Source: Eledone cirrhosa
Taxonomy: Eukaryota
Reading direction: 5' to 3'
DNA length: 64,000 bases
NCBI GenBank assembly: GCA_964016885.1
Contig: OZ024743.1
Span: 296,360,001-296,424,000, forward strand
Part shown: positions 56,789 through 64,000 of the stretch, piece by piece
How positions within the stretch are numbered: position 1 is the stretch's first letter
How the letters are laid out: every line of letters begins with the position of its first letter
Notes under the pieces: model-generated
What the model saw: only the letters and a program-made list of their open reading frames with translations
Database searches by the model: none
What the model was told of the DNA's origin: nothing
Translations under genes and position numbers: made by a program

Positions 56789-57634
56789 GTGCGTACAGGT
56801 GTGTTATTTGCCTGTTTAGACAGCATTTAAACAATGTTTGACCAACTGCGAAACCATACACTGACATTACATATATAACTAGATGTTGGCGACGGCGACA
56901 GTGCAATGACAGTGATGATGGTGTTGGCGGCAACGGTGATAATGATGATGATAATGATGTCTATTGTTATTGAACGTAAGTATAGTCGATTGAATCGAAA
57001 CCTGTGAATGTCTGTTGTTGCATTTTTTGTTTTTGCTTTTCTTTTATCGGCTGTAGTTGGATAGAACGAAATTTTGGCTTCGATGTATAAGCAAAGATTG
57101 CTTATAGAAACCGAGCTAGATACTGTGAAATCATTTAATCCGGAACAGTATCATATCAGATGAAATCATTCTTCATGATAATGGTTTATGAATGACACGC
57201 GTCCTTCATTTACAATAATACACGAGAAGCATCAATTTTTATTGTGGCATCAACATTCATAACAGCGATACATAAGAGGAAAATAATCCTAGCCAGAACT
57301 GATTTAACCCACCTTCTTGTGATCCTCGCGCTTATTAAGTCTACCTGGGTCAGAGGAAAGACAAAGCCAGTATGTCTGAAATAGACAGATAGATACATGT
57401 GGTTGTCAAGATCATCGGTAATACTAGATTCAAAAGCATTACTGGACGACATCTACTCCATTTGTAGATGTATTATTTTTTGTATTGTATGAATGCCCGT
57501 AAACTCTCCATTTACCAGCTTGGCACTCTGGTTTGGTGTTGGTGGTTTTGATGCCGACGGCCCGAATATGAAACAAAAAGTACTGGTGTAGGTGAGTAAT
57601 GATAGTTGATAAAGATATAGATTTATGTGTGCGA

Positions 57635-58385
57635 GGTGAGTCCTGGGTTCAATCGGGGATAACTACAGTTAGTCGGGTACTCAATACCTTAGTAGACTGT
57701 AAACATCATATTTAATATAGAAATGGCTTCTAACGGACTAGAACTGTTACATTCAAAACAAATCTTAAGGGCTTTCTTGGTAATTTCTTCTTTTGAATGA
57801 AAGTTTTCTCACTGGGACAGGTTGGATCTCTTCCTAGTGGTCCAGACTATTCCTCTAAGTATAGATTTGCTAACTAGCTCTATCTCTGTTCGTGCTGGGT
57901 TTAACAGTTTGCAAGTAGGGTTAATAGCAAAATCGGCGTTGTGATCCTTAAGAGTGATAAACCGAATTAAGAGTAACCGGATTAGCAGATTCTTCGCATC
58001 TCTACCGCGTGGAAGTTTGGAATCCTACCTACCCTTTGGGCGCTCTTTATATCCTTGTGTCTTACGCAACCATTACATCATCAACCTTAGAATGGATCTA
58101 TGCGAGGTGGATTACTCCTTGAAGAAAATTCTCAATCTTTGCAACCAAATTTATCCGAAGCTTATTTTCCAAACAGCAAAAATCCTCAAACGTTTGAGAT
58201 GGCGGGAACTGGGCACCATCGACACCTACAACCTAAAATCTAGAGCCTATCCTCCCAAGGTAAATGACATCACTCCTTTTAAACTACTTAGACCGTTACT
58301 CACCAGACTACTCGATACTTGGAATAGAAGAGTATGGCTATATTAGAAAGAGTCGAGGCCCGGCGGCTGAGCTCTTGCCATTTCA
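57635..58385. mobile_element. Rearranged Neptune-like PLE remnant (divergent coding fragments between pLTR pieces)
   Basis: Minus 57800-57970 FITLKDHNADFAINPTCKLLNPARTEI; plus 58092-58283 DYSLKKI..KRLRWR..YNLKSRAYPP; both homologous to the 35264 ORF. Confidence 0.75.
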
Positions 58386-58423
58386 AAAGTTTGGAACTAG
58401 ATGTTGTCTAACACACAGACACA

Positions 58424-58484
<61 letters not shown>

Positions 58485-58490
58485 TACATA

Positions 58491-58534
<44 letters not shown>

Positions 58535-58889
58535 ACCCTCTATCTATCTATATATCATCCTCTCTCTTTTCCTTCTTTCTTCCTCTCTCTCATCCTCTCT
58601 CTCACTTTCTCCCTTTCCATCTGTGTGTCTAGATTACTCATACAACCTTTATTAGACATGTCTGCCTAAACTAAATAAACGAAAAAAAAAAGGATAGGAG
58701 ACTTTCCTCAAAATGAATTGGTGGCGGTGGTGATGGGAGTGTGATAAATGAAATGTAAAGTCAGAAATAGAGAACAGGTGGTGGTGAAGAAGAAGATTGG
58801 AAATTGGTTGATCAAAGGTCGGCGTTCTTTATGCACTGTAGAAGCAGGGGAATGGGCATTTTGGCAGTAACGGGTGTGGTGGGGTTGGC

Positions 58890-61023
58890 TTTGGTGAGGT
58901 CGGTGGAGGTGATGGTAGTTTTGGTCGTGGTGGTTTTAGTTGTCGTGGTAGTGGTAGTTGTAGTGGTTATGGTCAGGGTGGTAGTAGTGGTGGCTTTGGT
59001 CATCGTGGTGGTGGTAGTTGTGGTGGTTTTAGTTGTCGTGGTAGTGGTAGTTGTAGTGGTTATGGTCAGGGTGGTAGTAGTGGTGGCTTTGGTCATCGTG
59101 GTGGTGGTAGTAGTGGTAGTGGTGATGGTGGTAGTGGTGACGGTGGTAGTGGTGACGGTGGTAGTGGTGACGGTGGTAGTGGTGATGGTGGTAGTGGTGA
59201 TGGTGGTAGTGGTGATGGTGGTAGTGGTGATGGTGGTAGTGGAGATGGTGGTAGTGGTGATGGTGGTAGTGGTGATGGTGGTAGTGGTGATGGTGGTAGT
59301 GGTGATGATGGTAGTGGTGATGGTGGTAGTGGTGATGGTGGTAGTGCTGATGGTGGTAGTGCTGATGGTGGTAGTGGTGATGGTGGTAGTGGTGATGGTG
59401 GTAGTGGTGATGGTGGTAGTGGTGATGGTGGTAGTGGTGATGGTGGTAGTGGTGATGGTGGTAGTGGAGATGGTGGTAGTGGTGCTGGTGGTAGTGGTGA
59501 TGGTGGTAGTGGTGATGGTGGTAGTGGTGATGGTGGTAGTGGTGATGGTGGTAGTGGAGATGGTGGTAGTGGTGATGGTGGTAGTGGTGATAGTGGTAGT
59601 AGTGGTGGTGGTATGGTGATGGTGGTAGTGGTGATGGTGGTAGTGGTGATGGTGGTAGTGGTGATGGTGGTAGTGGTGATGGTGGTAGTGGTGATAGTGG
59701 TAGTGGAGATGGTGGTAGTGGTGATGGTGGTATTGGTGATGGTGGAAGTGGTGATGGTGGTAGTGGTGATGGTGGTAGTGGTGATGGTGGTAGTGGTGAT
59801 GGTGGTAGTGGTGATGGTGGTAGTGGTGATGGTGGTAGTGGAGATGGTGGTAGTGGTGATGGTGGTAGTGGTGATGGTGGTAGTGGTGATGGTGGTAGTG
59901 GTGATGGTGGTAGTGGTGATGGTGGTATTGGTGATGGTGGTAGTGGTGATGGTGGTAGTGGTCATGGTGGTAGTGGTCATGGTGGTAGTGGTCATGGTGG
60001 TATTGGTGATGGTGGTAGTGGTGATGGTGGTAGTGGTGATGGTGGTAGTGGTGATGGTGGTAGTGGTGATGGTGGTAGTAGTGGTGGTGGTATGGTGATG
60101 GTGGTAGTGGTGATGGTGGTAGTGGTGATGGTGGTAGTGGTGATGGTGGTAGTGGTGATGGTGGTAGTGGTGATGGTGGTAGTGGTGATGGTGGTAGTGG
60201 TGATAGTGGTAGTAGTGGTGGTGGTATGGTGATGGTGGTAGTGGTGATGGTGGTAGTGGTGATGGTGGTAGTGGTGATGGTGGTAGTGGTGATGGTGGTA
60301 GTGGTGATGGTGGTAGTAGTGGTCGTGGTAGTGGTGATGGTGGTAGTGGTGATGGTGGTAGTGGTGATGGTGGTAGTGGTGATGGTGGTAGTGGTGATGG
60401 TGGTAGTGGTGATGGTGGTAGTAGTGGTGGTGGTATGGTGATGGTGGTAGTGGTGATGGTGGTGTTGGTGATGGTAGTAGTGGTGATGGTGGTAGTGGTG
60501 ATGGTGGTATTGGTGATGGTGGTAGTGGTGATGGTGGTAGTGGTCATGGTGGTAGTGGAGATGGTGGTATTGGTGATGGTGGTAGTGGTGATGGTGGTAG
60601 CAGTGTTGGTGGTATGGTGATGGTGGTAGTGGTGATGGTGGTAGTGGTGATGGTGGTAGTGGTGATGGTGGTAGTGGTGATGGTGGTAGTGGTGATGGTG
60701 GTATTGGTGATGGTGGTATTGCTGATGGTGCTAGTGGTGATGGTGGTAGTGGTGATGGTGGTAGTAGTGGTGATGGTATGGTGATGGTGGTAGTGGTGGT
60801 GGTGGTAGTGGTGATGGTGGTAGTGGTGATGGTGGTAGTGCTGATGGTGGTAGTAGTGGTGGTGGTATGGTGATGGTGGTGATGGTGGTGTTGGTGATGG
60901 TTGTGTTGGTGATGGTGGTAGTGGTGATGGTGGTAGTGGTGATGGTGGTAGTGGTGATGGTGGTAGTGCTGATGGTGGTAGTGCTGATGGTGGTAATGTT
61001 GATGGTGGTGTTGGTAGTGGTAA
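58890..61023. repeat. 15-bp minisatellite (GGTGATGGTGGTAGT)n
   Basis: Direct reading; recurring 1-nt-short variant GGTATGGT. Confidence 0.96.
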
Positions 61024-61444
61024 TAGAGATAATGAGTAATGTTAAAAGGGGGATGGGAGAGAGAGAGAGTAGTAAATAGACTTGGAGCCAGCTTAATCTG
61101 TTGATTAAGACAATGGAGTAAGGCAGAGGGAGGGGAGAGGAGCATGCAATAGGTGAGGGTTTCGATGATATGGGGTAGAGAAGGGGGACATTTACCTTAA
61201 TGAATGAGTCAATATGGTCTGGTCAGGTTATGCTGTGGAGGAGTGGGGGATGAGGAACAGAGGAGGAAAGGAGGACGACACAACTGTGGGTGACTTTGAT
61301 GGTTTAGATATGGGCGGCGGTGGTGATGGTAGTGGTGCTGGTAGAGTGAAGTAGTGTTCGTGGTGTGGTGGTGGTGGTAGTGGTGGTGGACTGGGGCGAA
61401 TAACATGTCAATGTAAGGTGATAGAAAGGTGAGAGACATTCACG

Positions 61445-61651
61445 CACTCAAACACACACATACACACACACAATACACACACGTAACATAAACACACACA
61501 CACTCATATATATATATATATATATATATCTACATACATACATATATATATATACATACATATATATATATATATACATACTTACATATATATATATATA
61601 TACATACATACATATATATATATACATACATACATATATATATATACATAC

Positions 61652-61685
<34 letters not shown>

Positions 61686-61721
61686 ATATATACATACATA
61701 TATATATATATATATACATAC

Positions 61722-61755
<34 letters not shown>

Positions 61756-62101
61756 ACATACATACATATATATACATACATACATATATATACATACATA
61801 TATACATATATATATATACCTACATACATATATATACATACATATATACATATATATATATACATATATATATATACATATATATACATACATATATATA
61901 TATACATACATACATATATATACATATATATATATACATATATATACATACATATATATATATACATACATACATATATATACATACATACATATATATA
62001 CATACATATATACATATATATATATACATATATATATATATACATATATATATATACATATATATATATACATATATATATATATACATATATATATATA
62101 C

Positions 62102-62148
<47 letters not shown>

Positions 62149-62194
62149 CATATATATATATACATATATATATATACATACATACATACATACA

Positions 62195-62244
<50 letters not shown>

Positions 62245-62256
62245 CATATATATACA

Positions 62257-62292
<36 letters not shown>

Positions 62293-62330
62293 CATACATA
62301 CACATATATATATATATATATATATATACG
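61445..62330. repeat. (TA)/(TACA) compound microsatellite
   Basis: Direct reading. Confidence 0.96.
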
Positions 62331-62734
62331 TACAAACATGAGCAAAGATACGCAAATTCACATGCGCAAACATCCCCCACACACAAAAACATAGAGACCC
62401 ATAACATTCCCATACATACATTCATACATACATACATATATACATACGGAGACCCTATAACATCCCCGCACATGCCCCCCCCCCCCCCCCCACACACACA
62501 CACTCACACACACACTCGTACAGACACGCCCACTCACGTGCAAGCCATAAAAGCAATCATGAAAAAAACACAACGGTAGATAACGCCTTTTCCTGCTCCT
62601 TAATATAATCATTGAAGAAAAACAACCTTAATTGACTCTCACTAGGACCTCCAACCCCCTTAAAATATATTTTGTGACATAGAGCGGAAATCTACAGGTT
62701 TGTACGCAGCAATGAGACACACGATTGTGGTTTC

Positions 62735-62935
62735 AGTCTTCGTTTTTAACTGATCCTTTCCTTTTTCCGTCTGTTGCTGTTGAGAACCCCGGTTTCCTCG
62801 ATCCCCGGACTGCTGTTTTCCTATGCCAAATCGTGAGGAGGTAATGTCGCTTTCAGAAGCGAGGTGGAATGGCTGATGCAACAGATATCTCTGGTTATTT
62901 CCGTGACAATGTATGCGATATCTTGTCCTCGGGTC
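62735..62935 (+). mobile_element. Second CRE-clade REL endonuclease fragment
   Basis: LTDPFLFPSVAVENPGFLDPRTAVFL..SEVEWLMQQISLVI..DNVCDIL aligns with 23185-23400. Confidence 0.65.
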
Positions 62936-63164
62936 ACTGCCAAGCGTGCAGTTTGTTCGCCCTCTTATGTTTTTCCACTCCTTCTTTTGTATATATATTT
63001 TCTTTCCCTTTTAATCATGTCCTGTTTATAAATACAGTAGACTATGAAATTTTGAATCAATAATTTTTTTACTCAATCCTAGAATTAGAAGCTCCTGCGT
63101 CATGAAACGGATGAGGCAGCCAAAGTGTCCCAAATACTATAGTCAGTTGCATCTATCAATACAT

Positions 63165-63432
63165 CGTTCCAACTTTTGTTGGCGGATTTCAGGTTCCTGT
63201 GGATTGTCTGCCGCCAGTTTATCTTGGGACGTCCTCTTCGCCTCTTTTCATGGGGGAATCAATACTGGACCCGATTAGCATGTCTTTCATTTGGGAGTTA
63301 TGTGACATGTCCCAACCAGCCAAGTCGATGCTTGCACAAGATGTTAGACACACGTTGTTGGTGAATTCATTGACGGGCTTCTTTGTTGGTGGTGAAGTTA
63401 TTCTACCTGATGCCAAGAATTGTGCATAGGCA
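63165..63432 (-). mobile_element. RTE-clade LINE C-terminal fragment
   Basis: KHRLGWLGHVT..KRRRGRPKINWRQTI. Confidence 0.8.
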
Positions 63433-63586
63433 TTTGAGAAATTGGCTGTCGTTAGAGCGTCAGGTTAAATGCCTTCGCATTTATTCTGGCTCTCTGCGCT
63501 TTGAATTCAAATCCCACCAATGTTAACTTTACTTCGATTAAAACTGTTAAAGATAAAGATGTGCTCTCCATCTCCCATTACTTATA

Positions 63587-63774
63587 TAATTGTTTCTAAT
63601 TTTGGCACAGGGCCAGCAATTATTCCAGTGCATTACTGGTACTTTATTTTATCGACCCCGTAAGGATGAAAGGCAAAGTGAACCTCGATGGGATTTGAAC
63701 TCGGACCGTAAAGGGCCGTAACTCTATACTGAAAAGTATGGCGTCCGGACCTCTACCGATACTGCGAATCCGCC
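63587..63774 (-). mobile_element. SINE family A
   Basis: Full-length copy. Confidence 0.9.
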
Positions 63775-64000
63775 TATATAATACATGATGGACCGTCATC
63801 GGTTTCGATTATAAGTATTCCTTCGTTTGAGCAACTGAACGTCCGTGTATTTGGATATTCCACAAACGCGGAGAAAGTTGACTAACATTTTCAATGACAT
63901 TAACAATCAGGGCAAACTCATTACTGCATAGTTCAAAGTGGACGACCAGGTCGAAGCCCTCAAATTGAAGCCTTCATATTTCACATAATATAATTCTCAA

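Noticed and set aside
58812-61145. 777-aa His/Thr/Pro-rich ORF as a mucin or metal-binding protein
   Set aside because: Stop-free by repeat composition; the frame cycles at 1-nt deletions

Overview
Repeat-saturated, AT-rich eukaryotic genomic DNA. The (TA)n/(CA)n/(GA)n microsatellite load and the SINE/LINE repertoire suggest an octopus or other cephalopod (inference). No intact host gene was recognised and most tracked ORFs are microsatellite translations. Recognisable content: a 5'-truncated Tx1/L1-clade LINE in a (GATA)n site with an 18-bp TSD plus two more 3' ends in (TATC)n; three Penelope-like element (PLE) coding remnants; RTE, CRE, Jockey/CR1 and Helitron fragments; Tc1/mariner and hAT-type MITEs; >20 tRNA-derived SINEs; and a 2.1-kb 15-mer minisatellite. 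The standout signal is 10 minimal type-I hammerhead ribozyme (HHR) motifs with intact CUGANGA/GAAA/NUH cores, plus 2 single-substitution copies, in about 9 unrelated sequence contexts. Many lie in short non-coding inserts between (TA)n runs, and about 13 of these inserts are DNA foldbacks. One insert shows a circularly permuted ~442-nt HHR monomer, consistent with retrozyme-like/non-autonomous PLE RNA circles copied by hairpin-primed reverse transcription. All coordinates and folds were read by eye and need computational confirmation.
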